Assembly (NCBI GenBank): GCA_030610855.1
Contig: JAUWQY010000001.1
Span: 1,628 to 65,627 of the forward strand
Direction of reading: 5' to 3'
DNA: 64,000 nucleotides
Source: Dehalococcoidia bacterium
Lineage (GTDB): Bacteria > Chloroflexota > Dehalococcoidia > GIF9 > AB-539-J10
Shown: one piece after another, positions 1-9,612 of the stretch
Numbering within the stretch: the stretch's first letter is position 1
Layout: every line of letters begins with the position of its first letter
Position numbers and translations under genes: made by a program
The notes under the pieces: model-generated
Seen by the model: only the letters and a program-made list of their open reading frames with translations
Told to the model about the DNA's origin: nothing
The model's database searches: none

Positions 1-84
1 ACTGATGGCGTCCACGGCAAGGACTTCGCCGTAGCGCTTGGTAAGCCCAGCTACCTCTATGATCGCCCCGTTAATCGATGACAT
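1..84 (-). CDS. ABC transporter ATP-binding protein, N-terminus only (runs off the window edge)
   Basis: Manual translation from ATG 84: MSSINGAIIEVAGLTKRYGEVLAVDAIS, a typical ABC ATPase start; not in the ORF track. Confidence 0.85.
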   Translation of the reverse strand, partial: MSSINGAIIEVAGLTKRYGEVLAVDAIS

Positions 85-95
85 GTCCGGCACGC

Positions 96-317
96 CTAGC
101 CTTTCTTCTTAAGCTCAGCAATGCGTTCCTCTACTCCCCCCGCCTCTGCGCTGAGCTGTTTCAGGTGCTCTTCAAGTTTTTCAACGATTTCTTCCCTGGT
201 GGGAAATTGCCGCGGTGCATACCCGGAGCCGCAACAGCAACCCCGCTGGTGATGCGTGCCATGCTGTGGTGTCTGGCGAGAATGTTGCTCGCAGCCACAT
301 TCAGAGTCATGATACAT
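96..317 (-). CDS. Small Cys/His-rich protein with C-terminal coiled coil (DUF5320-like tail)
   Basis: CGCEQH..HGTHH..GCCCG, then FPTREEIVEKLEEHLKQL..ERIAELKK; overlaps the end of the ArsR gene. Confidence 0.75.
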   Translation of the reverse strand: MYHDSECGCEQHSRQTPQHGTHHQRGCCCGSGYAPRQFPTREEIVEKLEEHLKQLSAEAGGVEERIAELKKKG

Positions 318-681
318 CTTGTTTCCTCCTTTCCGGACAGTATTCTTTGCACAGTTGCTCCTCGTCCGACTCCTGCATACTCAGAGCCGTTGAGGCAAGC
401 TTCCGAGACCTCTCCAGGGCATCCTGGTCGATGAAGTAGTGTATGTGGTAGCCCCGCCGCTCTCCCTTTACCAGTCCGATGCTTTTCAGCACCCGCAGGT
501 GCTGCGATACCGCCGACTGGGACACTCCCAGAAGGTCGGCCAGAGCATTGACGCAGAGGGCATCTTGGGCGCGTTGGCGCCGGAGGAGCTTCACCAGCCT
601 GAGACGGGTCGGGGCAGCCAGCGCACTGAAAAGCGCTGTCTGCTCGTCCGTTTTCTCCTGCAATTGTTCTCGACCCTCCAT
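307..681 (-). CDS. ArsR/SmtB family transcriptional regulator
   Basis: FSALAAPTRLRLV..LCVNALADLLGVSQSAVSQHLRVLKSIGLVKGERRG; start moved to ATG 681. Confidence 0.9.
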   Translation of the reverse strand: MEGREQLQEKTDEQTALFSALAAPTRLRLVKLLRRQRAQDALCVNALADLLGVSQSAVSQHLRVLKSIGLVKGERRGYHIHYFIDQDALERSRKLASTALSMQESDEEQLCKEYCPERRKQDVS

Positions 682-686
682 GACAG

Positions 687-738
687 TATAAGTATTCACT
701 AATATCCTAATATTATCACCAGGGAATACACCTGTCAA
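687..738 (-). promoter_or_regulatory. Sigma70 promoter with overlapping ArsR-type operator
   Basis: TTGACA (733-738, minus) and TGATAATAT -10 region; imperfect inverted repeat TATAAG-N6-CTAATA at 687-704 just before the start codon. Confidence 0.6.
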
Positions 739-1009
739 GACCGAATTGGCTCCTTGCCAGATCCTGTGTGAACGGCTCCGATCTCTGCTCCAGGGTCACT
801 GGCATCGCAGGTTTTCTGAAATCCTGCAGAGCCGGGCACAGGTAGTTAGCAGACCATGACGGCGGCATCTCCTCCCTGGAACAAGCAGTTACTGCCAATT
901 CCGCAACCGTTACAGTGCACTAGCGAGGAGACACTATTACGCTACGTATCAGACTAACACATCGTGAATCAATCTCGAGTGTCCGAGGATGATTTTCGTT
1001 AGCAAGCAG

Positions 1010-1018
1010 TGCTATAAT
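1010..1018 (+). promoter_or_regulatory. Extended -10 promoter of def
   Basis: TGCTATAAT ending 38 nt upstream of the ATG. Confidence 0.6.
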
Positions 1019-1056
1019 CAACGCGGCATAGGAACAGGGATATTCTACGAGGAAGT

Positions 1057-1539
1057 ATGGCAGTTTTGCAGATACGCGCCTTGCCCGACCCTGCGTTGCG
1101 GCAAAGGGCGAAGAGAGTGAACACAATCGACGTCTCCATCCAAAAGTTAATCGATGACATGATCGATACGCTGCGGGCGGGCTCGGGTGTGGGCCTCGCT
1201 GCGCCGCAAATAGGAGTACCCCTGCGCATAGCAGTCATTGAGATGCCGGGCGAGGAAGTCATCACCTTGATCAACCCTGTTGTAATGAAGAGAAAAGGCG
1301 AGCGTGTCCTGACAGAGGGTTGCCTATCTGTGCCCGGCTATCAGGGGGAGATCAAGAGGTCGCTCACGGTTAAGGTCAGGGCGCAGGACCGCCATGGTAA
1401 GGAAATCCGCCTCAAAGGCGAAGGCCTCTTCGCACAAGTCCTCGAACACGAGACTGACCACCTCAATGGCACCTTATATGTTGACCATCTGGAAGACCCA
1501 GCAGAGCTCTGTAGGATTGAGGATGCTCAGGAAATGTAG
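1057..1539 (+). CDS. def: Peptide deformylase
   Basis: GVGLAAPQIG, EGCLS, HETDH motifs. Confidence 0.97.
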   Translation: MAVLQIRALPDPALRQRAKRVNTIDVSIQKLIDDMIDTLRAGSGVGLAAPQIGVPLRIAVIEMPGEEVITLINPVVMKRKGERVLTEGCLSVPGYQGEIKRSLTVKVRAQDRHGKEIRLKGEGLFAQVLEHETDHLNGTLYVDHLEDPAELCRIEDAQEM

Positions 1540-1702
1540 TTGCCCGATTAACTGGGCCATTGTGCTTGATTAACCAGATAGCCAGAGCATCATGGAAATG
1601 AAACGCTCCAAGAATCCCCAAATCTGAACTGCAGAGCAAGATTGAACAGCCTGGGATTATGAAGGTGGGGAAGAGATAGACCGGCAATGACCTGGTGCGG
1701 CT

Positions 1703-2014
1703 TTAGACCCAGGACCAAATAGCCAGACCATTCCAGGCGCAAACAAGGAGCATCGCCAGGCTCAAGGGCTTCAATAATCCGCCTCGCTTAAACACTACGA
1801 GGATCAAGACAATTGCAGAGGAAATCAGCCACTTGAATAGCGTGTTACTACCCAATGTCGGGCCAAGCAAAGGGTTAAGCTCATAACTCCCCAGTCCGAG
1901 AGCAGCCCCCGTCAAGCAGCCATCCAGAATATTCAGCCCGATGAAAGCCACGCAGAACAGGACACCTGTGCCTGAATCTGTATCGGCAAGTAGCACCCGA
2001 AGAGTCCTCATCAC
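1703..2014 (-). CDS. Small membrane protein, DUF5658-like
   Basis: LNILDGCLT...G.YELNPL motif plus hydrophobic helices. Confidence 0.7.
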   Translation of the reverse strand: MMRTLRVLLADTDSGTGVLFCVAFIGLNILDGCLTGAALGLGSYELNPLLGPTLGSNTLFKWLISSAIVLILVVFKRGGLLKPLSLAMLLVCAWNGLAIWSWV

Positions 2015-2030
2015 TTAAGCACCGGGACTC

Positions 2031-2111
2031 AAGTACCAGTACCTAAGTACCAGTACCCCGCGCCAGTCTAGCGGAGAATGCCAAGGAAGTCAGTAACCAG
2101 GCGGTTACTGA
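2031..2111 (-). promoter_or_regulatory. Promoter with tandem 13-mer and a perfect inverted repeat
   Basis: CTGACT-17-TAGACT on minus (2093-2065); AAGTACCAGTACC twice (2031-2043, 2045-2057); TCAGTAACC-AGGC-GGTTACTGA (2090-2111). Confidence 0.55.
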
Positions 2112-2309
2112 GCGTTTCTTTTCGGTTACAAAGGGTTTCGTTCCGGTTTCATAGAATGGGGTCAACTCCAATTCTCTCTGCGCTCCGGTGCTGCGAGATT
2201 AAGGAAGTCGGCCGAAGCAATCCCGTGGAGAGGCAGATCACTGCCGCACGCTCCTCAGTTGACCGCAATGGCATCCGAGGCTCTGGCCTCGTGCGACAAT
2301 GATTGGCGG

Positions 2310-2894
2310 TCATCCGGATTTGGTTTTGCGCCTCAAGTAATAATAGGCACCATAGCCAAGGAATACAGCAGCCGCGGCAATTCCGACGACCAATCCTGGA
2401 TTGGGCTTAGCTTCGGCCGCGGCCCTTGTCGATACCAGCAGGCGAACATAGAACTTCACGACCAGCATCTCGCTGGATTCAGCAGCGACTCCCAGCCATA
2501 TCTCCCAGTCCTTGCCCGCCCATTCTTGCCCTGGCGGTATGGCTACCGTTACGTTCATGCTGGCCTCAGACTTAGCGGCCAATGGGATTTCTTGGGAGGA
2601 AAAGCTTACCCAGCTATCGTCGGGGAATTCAGCCCTCCCTTCCCTTCTGTCCTCTTCCGGAGGTTGAAAGATAGTGAGGACAAAGACGCGAGCCGTCTCC
2701 TCTTGATTGCGAATCGTCAATTGAAATTCCGCTGCCTCTCCCGGGGGCAGGTTATCTATGCTTACCTCGGTGGGGACAACGCCAAAGGACTGAGCGGGAG
2801 TATCAGCCAAGGTAACGGAAGGCAAGAGGATGATTAGCAGAGTTACGAAGATCAGAGCCAGTTTCATCCCCGCGGTCTCGTAGCGAGAGAGCAT
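2310..2894 (-). CDS. Exported Ig-like (DUF916/PapD-like) protein with C-terminal membrane anchor
   Basis: Signal peptide; FGVVPTEVSIDNLPPGEAAEFQLTIRN; C-terminal TM followed by RRKTK; start could be 2867. Confidence 0.7.
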   Translation of the reverse strand: MLSRYETAGMKLALIFVTLLIILLPSVTLADTPAQSFGVVPTEVSIDNLPPGEAAEFQLTIRNQEETARVFVLTIFQPPEEDRREGRAEFPDDSWVSFSSQEIPLAAKSEASMNVTVAIPPGQEWAGKDWEIWLGVAAESSEMLVVKFYVRLLVSTRAAAEAKPNPGLVVGIAAAAVFLGYGAYYYLRRKTKSG

Positions 2895-2987
2895 CCTGCC
2901 GGGTATTCGTACACCTCCAGAAGCCGGTGATCATATTGACAGAGCCGGGCGGAAAGATCGCCACAGACCTGAGATCTCCGGGTTAAC

Positions 2988-3338
2988 CTAGCTTCCACTC
3001 TGAGGCTCATCTCCCGGAACAGCCTCCTTCAGTCCTCTACCCTCGAATTCAGATTCTCTTGCTACCAGGAATATGGTGGCCAGCAGTCCAGGTAGGAACG
3101 GGATTGCAGTAGCGGAACAGAGAGCACCGGCTAGAGCTAGTCTAAACCGCCTCCTCCTGAATGTGAAGAAGGCTCCTACGAATGACATAATCATGAGAAC
3201 CAACGCCAGCACACTCAGTAATCCGATGAGAGCGATTGAGAGACCCCCGAAGACAAACATGACCGCAACTGCCAGGCTTGCGCCGATCATGGCTCCCAAT
3301 CCGCCAATTATCATGAGGATACCTGCTGCTGTTCTCAT
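2988..3338 (-). CDS. Hypothetical integral membrane protein
   Basis: Several hydrophobic segments; promoter TTGACG-17-TATGAT upstream (3440-3412). Confidence 0.75.
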   Translation of the reverse strand: MRTAAGILMIIGGLGAMIGASLAVAVMFVFGGLSIALIGLLSVLALVLMIMSFVGAFFTFRRRRFRLALAGALCSATAIPFLPGLLATIFLVARESEFEGRGLKEAVPGDEPQSGS

Positions 3339-3585
3339 TCAAGACCCCTGCCACAATAAGGCTTGTCAGTCCGGTCTGCTGCCCCTTTTCCGCCTTCTCC
3401 CATTCAGACATATCATATAGAGCGCAACGGGACCCGTCAACGCTCCGTCGGTTGCCGTGCGTCAGCATATACTAATGATAGCCGGTAGCTTCAGGCCACA
3501 ACTTGAAACTTGGCGTTACTTCGGCGTTACTTTGTTGGGGATGCCTTTTCACCGGATGGCGTTTTGCGGGCAGATTGCCCTGCCG

Positions 3586-4143
3586 TCAGGGAGCCACTGC
3601 GATTATGGTGACCGGAGTCTGCATCTCCCTGCCACCAATGAAGTAGCTCGGCGTGAGCAGTCTCAGACCGAATTGCTTGCTGGCGCCGGGAGCCAGGCTT
3701 GAGCCGGTGCCATAGGGCCAAAACTCGCTCTGCGTCTTGGTGATGGGAACATAACCATCGCCGTAGGGGCCTCGTGTAGGGTCGCCAGATATGCGGAACC
3801 ATAACCCGTACACGTGTTCCCCATTATGCCCGTCATCGCTCAACGTCCACGTGTACGCCCCGGGATTGTCCACCCATTTCGCGTCCTCCCCCACAATAAA
3901 GGTATTCACAGCGGAATTGCCGGTTATGGTCAGAGTGCACCACTCTATCTGCGGGTTGGTCATATACTCCGTGTCTGGGGCCACCTGTCCTAGTGGCCAT
4001 TGCGTTATATCCAGACTTATGGAAATCTCATAGGCCCCAGTCATGGTGATGGTTACGGCTTCGCCCCCCTGAGCGTCAGCCGGCAAAGAGGAGACCAGAC
4101 CCAGTACAATGGCTGCCAGGATAACCGCAGTTACTGCCTTCAT
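3586..4143 (-). CDS. Secreted beta-rich protein, pilin/WxL-like subunit
   Basis: Signal peptide ending ADA; N-terminal VTITMTG..ISISL strand; C-terminal VTIIAVAP; ATG 4143 with GGGAGA RBS. Confidence 0.7.
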   Translation of the reverse strand: MKAVTAVILAAIVLGLVSSLPADAQGGEAVTITMTGAYEISISLDITQWPLGQVAPDTEYMTNPQIEWCTLTITGNSAVNTFIVGEDAKWVDNPGAYTWTLSDDGHNGEHVYGLWFRISGDPTRGPYGDGYVPITKTQSEFWPYGTGSSLAPGASKQFGLRLLTPSYFIGGREMQTPVTIIAVAP

Positions 4144-4258
4144 CTGCTTCTCCCAACTCAATGACACTCTGCCCACACCGTGATGCCTCGCAGATATCCT
4201 GTGGGGCTTCTTATCAGCGAACACGGCAAGCACTGGCCTCTCCCGAACCCCAGCAGCC

Positions 4259-4287
4259 ATACTACATTACCCCCTCCCCACTGTCAA
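4259..4287 (-). promoter_or_regulatory. Sigma70 promoter of the secreted protein gene
   Basis: TTGACA-17-TAGTAT on the minus strand. Confidence 0.65.
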
Positions 4288-4440
4288 GCGGCTTGCACTG
4301 GACCGTAGATTATGTGCAGAAAACCTCAAGAAGGCACGGTGACAGAACCCGGAAGGGAGTCCTGAATGGTACGATAGATGACAGACGGCAGGTTAGCTCG
4401 GATTTGCGGACGGCAGCGCCATGTACCTTCTATTGGTGAG

Positions 4441-4578
4441 CTATCGGCAGGTTCGGGCCAGGCCAACTGCCACAACCACCACGGCGATAATGACGATGGT
4501 CCAGATCGTTATCGGAGTACGTCTGCCGGCCTTGGCAAGCCTGCGTTCAGCTTGTCTTCTTCTCCGCCTGCTACCCAT
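4441..4578 (-). CDS. 45-aa single-pass membrane protein (not in ORF track)
   Basis: MGSRRRRRQAERRLAKAGRRTPITIWTIVIIAVVVVAVGLARTCR; TGCTACAAT at 4595-4603 (minus) ends 16 nt upstream. Confidence 0.65.
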   Translation of the reverse strand: MGSRRRRRQAERRLAKAGRRTPITIWTIVIIAVVVVAVGLARTCR

Positions 4579-4619
4579 ATCGCGCCCAAATCTGATTGTA
4601 GCATGGCATTCGCCTTACC

Positions 4620-6098
4620 CTATTCACGTGACAGCCGAGGCCTTCTCTTATGCCAATCGGTTGCCTGTTCGTAGGCGAAGGCGATGCGCAGCAGTGTTTC
4701 CTCGCTGAAGGGCTTACCTATGATCTGCATGCCTACGGGCAAATCGCCGGCAAAACCGCCAGGTATGGAGATAGCCGGTATTCCCGCTATGCTTACTGGC
4801 AGAGTGCATGCATCGCTCAGGTACATCTGCACCGGGTCTTCCAGCCTCTCACCGAGCCTGAAGGGCACCGTCGGTGAGGTAGGAGTGATAAGAGCATCGT
4901 ATCTCTCAAAAGCCCGGTCGAATTCCTGTTTTATCAGGGTGCGCACCTTCTGCGCTTTGAGATAGTACGCGTCATAATAACCGGCGGATAAAGCGTAAGT
5001 ACCCAGCATTATGCGCCTCTTGACTTCAGGCCCGAAACCGAATTGCCGCGTCCTCTCCGTTGTCTCGATTACATTGCTAGCACTTGGCTCGGAAAAGCCG
5101 TATTTCACTCCGTCGTAGCGAGCCAGATTCGCCGAGGCTTCGGATGGAGCAAGTATGTAGTAAGCAGCCAGGGCGTATTTGGTATGCGGCAGAGAGGCTC
5201 CCCAATCTATTTCTGCACCGAGTTCACGCAGCTTAGCGACAGCTGCCTCCAAAACCGTTCTTACCCCGTCCTCCATGCCCTCGACAAGATACTCCCTGGG
5301 GATGCCCATCTTCAGTCCTTTGATGCCGGCAATCAGCTGCCGGGTGTAATCCGGCACCGGACGAGGTACTGAGGTTGAGTCTCTGGGATCATACCCAGCC
5401 ATGGCATTCATCACTAAGGCACAGTCGGTGACATCCCTGGTCACCGGCCCGATCTGGTCGAGCGAGCTGGCAAAAGCGACCAATCCGAAGCGGCTGACAA
5501 GACCATAGGTCGGTTTGAGTCCCACCACATTACAGAATCCCGCCGGCTGACGGTTGCTGCCTCCAGTGTCAGAACCCAGAGCATAGATGGCCTCACCTGC
5601 AGACACGGCAACTGCTGAGCCGCCGCTGCTGCCCCCAGGAACGCGACTCAAGTCCCAGGGATTGCAGGTGGGGAAAAAGGCGGAGTGCTCTGTGGAAGAG
5701 CCCATCGCGAACTCATCCATATTCGTCTTCCCTACTATTATCGCCTTCTGTGCCTTCAGTTTCTCAATCACTGTAGCATCGTAAGGAGGGACGAAGTTCT
5801 CCAGCATCCTTGAGCTACAGGTAGTTCTTATCCCCTTGGTGCATATGGCATCCTTGATTAAGGCAGGGATGCCGGTCAAAGGGGCAACCTCGCGGGCAGT
5901 TTTGATGTGGTTATCGACCTTCTCTGCATCCTCCAGAGCGATGTCTTCAACAACAGTGACACAGGCATGAACCTTGCTTTCCACCTCGGCGATACGCTTC
6001 AGTACAGACTTCGTCAGTTCCACTGAGGAAATCTGCCTTCGTTTAAGAAGCTCGTGCGCCTCATGGATGGTTAGCTCGTATAGTTCTTTCGCCCGCAT
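4620..6098 (-). CDS. gatA: Asp-tRNA(Asn)/Glu-tRNA(Gln) amidotransferase subunit A
   Basis: Amidase signature [39 protein letters not shown]; start 6098 or 6110. Confidence 0.97.
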   Translation of the reverse strand: MRAKELYELTIHEAHELLKRRQISSVELTKSVLKRIAEVESKVHACVTVVEDIALEDAEKVDNHIKTAREVAPLTGIPALIKDAICTKGIRTTCSSRMLENFVPPYDATVIEKLKAQKAIIVGKTNMDEFAMGSSTEHSAFFPTCNPWDLSRVPGGSSGGSAVAVSAGEAIYALGSDTGGSNRQPAGFCNVVGLKPTYGLVSRFGLVAFASSLDQIGPVTRDVTDCALVMNAMAGYDPRDSTSVPRPVPDYTRQLIAGIKGLKMGIPREYLVEGMEDGVRTVLEAAVAKLRELGAEIDWGASLPHTKYALAAYYILAPSEASANLARYDGVKYGFSEPSASNVIETTERTRQFGFGPEVKRRIMLGTYALSAGYYDAYYLKAQKVRTLIKQEFDRAFERYDALITPTSPTVPFRLGERLEDPVQMYLSDACTLPVSIAGIPAISIPGGFAGDLPVGMQIIGKPFSEETLLRIAFAYEQATDWHKRRPRLSRE

Positions 6099-6284
6099 AC
6101 TACCTGGCACCTGCCCCTGATGCTACGATGCTCGATAATCCTGCGCCGGTCGGCGCCGGTTTTCCTGTACATCTCTTCCAGTTAGGATATGTTGTGTGAC
6201 GGTACGCAACCCCGGGCCCAAGGACAACAATACCAAGGGCTCGCCGCGGTGACCGTAACTATGTTAGTCATCCGCCAGAGGGTC

Positions 6285-6572
6285 TCACTCCAGTATTGCC
6301 TGAACCTTAAAGCACTTCTCTGCTTGCCTGGGTGCGTTTGCCAGAATGTCAGCCTGTGAATACGGCTCAGTTACATCGTCTTTCCTGAGGACGTTTTGCA
6401 GCTGGATCGTATGCGTTGCCGGCGGCACGTCGGTTGTGTCTAGTTCCTTGAGTATCTCGAAATTCTCCAGCATATTGGACATCTGGAGACTGAGTCTCCC
6501 GACCTCTTCTTCGCTCAGGCCCAGGCGGGCGAGTCGAGCGATATGCCGCACCAGTTCGTGACTCAGTTTCAT
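6285..6572 (-). CDS. gatC: Amidotransferase subunit C
   Basis: VRHIARLARL..LDTTDVPP..ILANAP..FKVQAILE; TGCTATAAT upstream (6590-6598). Confidence 0.95.
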   Translation of the reverse strand: MKLSHELVRHIARLARLGLSEEEVGRLSLQMSNMLENFEILKELDTTDVPPATHTIQLQNVLRKDDVTEPYSQADILANAPRQAEKCFKVQAILE

Positions 6573-6910
6573 CTTCACCGGACCCTATGATTATAGCACC
6601 TAAGTTCCAGCATAACTATCCGAAACCGGGCGATTGTCGTTGGCAACTCCTCTCTGCCTGTCATCCCGAGACCAGCCTCTCTCTATATTCACCCACTGTG
6701 CCCGAGATTGCTGCCCCCGGACAAGCCGGGGCTTGCGACGACAGAAGGAACTAGCCCATCACACAAAAGAAGCGCATGCTATTGCCATCGCCGGGGCGGT
6801 GTATTATGATGTCTGGAAGCGAATTGTGATGGAAGAGGTTCGTGGCCAGGCTACCCGCCATGACCGGCAACCAGTGTCCACAGTTGATTTCCTGAAAGCG
6901 AGTTACTGAT

Positions 6911-7852
6911 ATGGGGATGGCCGGTTCTCGAAGCCAATTGAAGAGCGGATTTCTGGCAGGGATCAAGCGGGGCTGGCGCACCTTCGTCTGGATATGTAAG
7001 ATCATTGTCCCCGTTTCACTGCTGACAACTCTCCTGCAGTGGACGACTTGGCTTGACCGGCTCAGCTTCTTGTTCAATCCTTTGATGAGCCTGATCAATC
7101 TGCCTCCCCAGGCAGCGCTGCCCATCATCAGCGGAATGCTAACCAATATTTACGTCGCTATCGCTGCCATGACCACCATACCCTTCACCATCGAGCAAAT
7201 GACCCTGATCGCCGTGTTCCTTCTGATCTGCCATAACCTCATCGCGGAGGGAATCATCCAGCACAAATCCGGCATCAATGTCATCAAGACCACTCTGATT
7301 CGTGTTACGGCAGCCATCCTCACGGTGCTCATCGTTTCCCAGTTTCTCGGTGATACCGGCCAGAGCATTACGGTGCCCACCCCACCGTCCGCTGCCAGTC
7401 CGCTGCTTACGGTAGTAAAGGACTGGGCACTAAACCTGATAGCCCTGGCATTGAGGATCCTCGGGATACTCATGGCTGTCATGATTATGCTGGAGCTATC
7501 GGAATCCCTGGGGTGGACGGAACGCTCCGTCAGATTCTTTCGACCTTTGATGAGAGTTCTCGGACTCTCCGAGCAGACTACGACCCTATGGGTCACCAGT
7601 GCCGTATTCGGGCTGATGTACGGCGGAGCCATCACCATTGACAAAGCTAGAAAGAGGGCCCTCAGTAAGGAGGAACTGGAGCGTCTTCATATCTCTATCG
7701 GCATCAACCACAGTATGGTGGAAGACTCGTCATTATTCCTGGCGCTGGCACTCAACCCTTTCTGGTTGTGGGTACCAAAGCTGGTCACGGCAATAGTAGC
7801 GGTGCAGATTTATCGAGCCATACGTTACCTTAAGAGCAAGCTGCTGCACTGA
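6911..7852 (+). CDS. Nucleoside-recognition (Gate) domain membrane protein
   Basis: Two Gate-like repeats (FNPLMSLINLP, FRPLMRVLGLS); CHNL and NHS motifs. Confidence 0.8.
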   Translation: MGMAGSRSQLKSGFLAGIKRGWRTFVWICKIIVPVSLLTTLLQWTTWLDRLSFLFNPLMSLINLPPQAALPIISGMLTNIYVAIAAMTTIPFTIEQMTLIAVFLLICHNLIAEGIIQHKSGINVIKTTLIRVTAAILTVLIVSQFLGDTGQSITVPTPPSAASPLLTVVKDWALNLIALALRILGILMAVMIMLELSESLGWTERSVRFFRPLMRVLGLSEQTTTLWVTSAVFGLMYGGAITIDKARKRALSKEELERLHISIGINHSMVEDSSLFLALALNPFWLWVPKLVTAIVAVQIYRAIRYLKSKLLH

Positions 7853-8053
7853 TATGCCAACCCTTGGATATTGCCCGTGAGGTTCTGGCCCCGGCCGACA
7901 AAACACGAATCAACTGCCAGGAGCCGGAGTGCTGTCCCGTCATCTGGCGCTTTTCCCTGGAGGCAGACCTCCGTCCCTTCAGGCTAAGCGAGTGCCCTCT
8001 GAAAACCCGCGCCTTTCAGGGACTCCAGCTTTATCCACGGTATTCGGGGGCCC

Positions 8054-8083
8054 TATGAGAAGGAGCGAATCAGCTTTCTCATA
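8054..8083. terminator. Hairpin between convergent genes
   Basis: TATGAGAAG...CTTTCTCATA inverted repeat just past the small ORF stop; no clear U-tract. Confidence 0.4.
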
Positions 8084-8088
8084 CGGCG

Positions 8089-8250
8089 CTAACCGACAAC
8101 AAAATGCTGATAGAGCACTATCGCTCCTATCACAATAAGCCAGATGCCCACCAGATAATTGAGGATTTTCGGGAAGATCAGCACCACGATACCGAAGATA
8201 AGGCTGATTATTCCCCCGATCAGGCCCAGATTATCTACTACGGTTTCCAT
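8089..8250 (-). CDS. DUF3096-like small membrane protein, 53 aa (not in ORF track)
   Basis: METVVDNLGLIGGIISLIFGIVVLIFPKILNYLVGIWLIVIG...; strong AGGAGGTGA RBS. Confidence 0.85.
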   Translation of the reverse strand: METVVDNLGLIGGIISLIFGIVVLIFPKILNYLVGIWLIVIGAIVLYQHFVVG

Positions 8251-8406
8251 GAATTATCACCTCCTGTCGCTGAGTTACTTCAGTATGCCATGCAGACAAG
8301 CGTTTCTGCAATAGTTATGGTCTCCCCCGCTATCAGGGCGGTTTTTCCAGATTCTATCGGGAAAAACTTGAACATGGCTGTGCCTCCGGGTAAAATAGCA
8401 GGTACC

Positions 8407-9612
8407 ATGATTGGCTTGGAGCACATGAAGAGAATATCCCGCACGTCCCCGTCCAAAATAGTGTTTCTGGTCATGGATGGGGTGGGCGGCCTGCCTCATC
8501 CTACAACCGGCAAGACAGAACTGGAGTCAGCCAGGAAGCCCAACCTGGATCACATAGCCAGGGACTCCCTTTGCGGGCTCATTGACCCGGTTGGCCCGGG
8601 AATCACGCCGGGGAGTACGCCGGGACACCTGGCGCTTTTCGGCTATGACCCTGTCAAATATGATGTCGGGCGGGGAATCGTGGAAGCCCTGGGAATAGAC
8701 CTGCAATTAAGACCAGACGATATCGCGGCCAGAGGTAATTTCTGCACCGTTGATGACAGGGGAATCATTGCCGACAGGCGAGCAGGGCGGATTTCTACAG
8801 CAAGAAATGCCGAGTTATGCCGCTTATTGAACGATATAGCCATAAACGGAGCTGACATTTCCGTGATCCCTGTGAAAGAACACAGATTTGTTCTCATCCT
8901 CCGAGGCGAAGCTCTATCTCCTGAGCTGGCCGATTCTGACCCCCAGCAAGCAGGGCTCGCCCCCAAGAAGATAGAGGCGTTGTCGCCAGGGGCAGAGAGA
9001 ACAGCGGAAATTGCCAACCAATTCGTGTCTCAAGCAGGCAGCCGATTGAAGAACGAAGCGTCTGCCAATATGGTGCTTCTGCGTGGCTTCTCGCGTCGCC
9101 CTGACATTCTCTCAATACCCGAGATTTACAAGCTAAAGCCGGCAGCCATCGCCGCATATCCTATGTATCGAGGCCTGGCCAGGCTTGTGGGAATGGAGGT
9201 GTTGCCCACTGGAGAAAGCATAGAAGGCCAGATGGAGAGCTTGTGTCAGCATTATGGCGACTACGATTTCTTCTTCATCCATTTTAAGAGCACCGACTCC
9301 AGAGGGGAGGACGGTAACTTCGAGGCCAAAGTGCAGGCCATCGAGGAACTCGACAGTGCGCTCGCCAGCCTGCTCAGGTTGGACCCGGAGGTCCTGATTG
9401 TGACCGGAGACCACTCTACTCCAGCAACCTTAGCTATGCATAGCTGGCACCCGGTCCCCTTCATGCTGAAGTCCAGATGGTGTCGCCCGGATAATGTCGT
9501 TGAGTTCTCAGAACGAGCCTGTCTTGCTGGAGGCATGGGACGTTTCGCGGCTACCGAAATCATGCCTTTGGCTATGGCCAATGCCCTGAAACTGGATAAG
9601 TTTGGTGCCTAG
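8407..9612 (+). CDS. apgM: 2,3-bisphosphoglycerate-independent phosphoglycerate mutase (ApgM type)
   Basis: KIVFLVMDGVGG, TPGS, TGDHSTP, HSWHPVP, KFGA end; start trimmed from 8104. Confidence 0.93.
   Translation: MIGLEHMKRISRTSPSKIVFLVMDGVGGLPHPTTGKTELESARKPNLDHIARDSLCGLIDPVGPGITPGSTPGHLALFGYDPVKYDVGRGIVEALGIDLQLRPDDIAARGNFCTVDDRGIIADRRAGRISTARNAELCRLLNDIAINGADISVIPVKEHRFVLILRGEALSPELADSDPQQAGLAPKKIEALSPGAERTAEIANQFVSQAGSRLKNEASANMVLLRGFSRRPDILSIPEIYKLKPAAIAAYPMYRGLARLVGMEVLPTGESIEGQMESLCQHYGDYDFFFIHFKSTDSRGEDGNFEAKVQAIEELDSALASLLRLDPEVLIVTGDHSTPATLAMHSWHPVPFMLKSRWCRPDNVVEFSERACLAGGMGRFAATEIMPLAMANALKLDKFGA

Noticed and set aside
8104..8406. 101-aa N-terminal extension of apgM in the ORF track
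   Set aside because: Overlaps a convincing opposite-strand small gene with a strong RBS; recognisable ApgM sequence begins near 8407.
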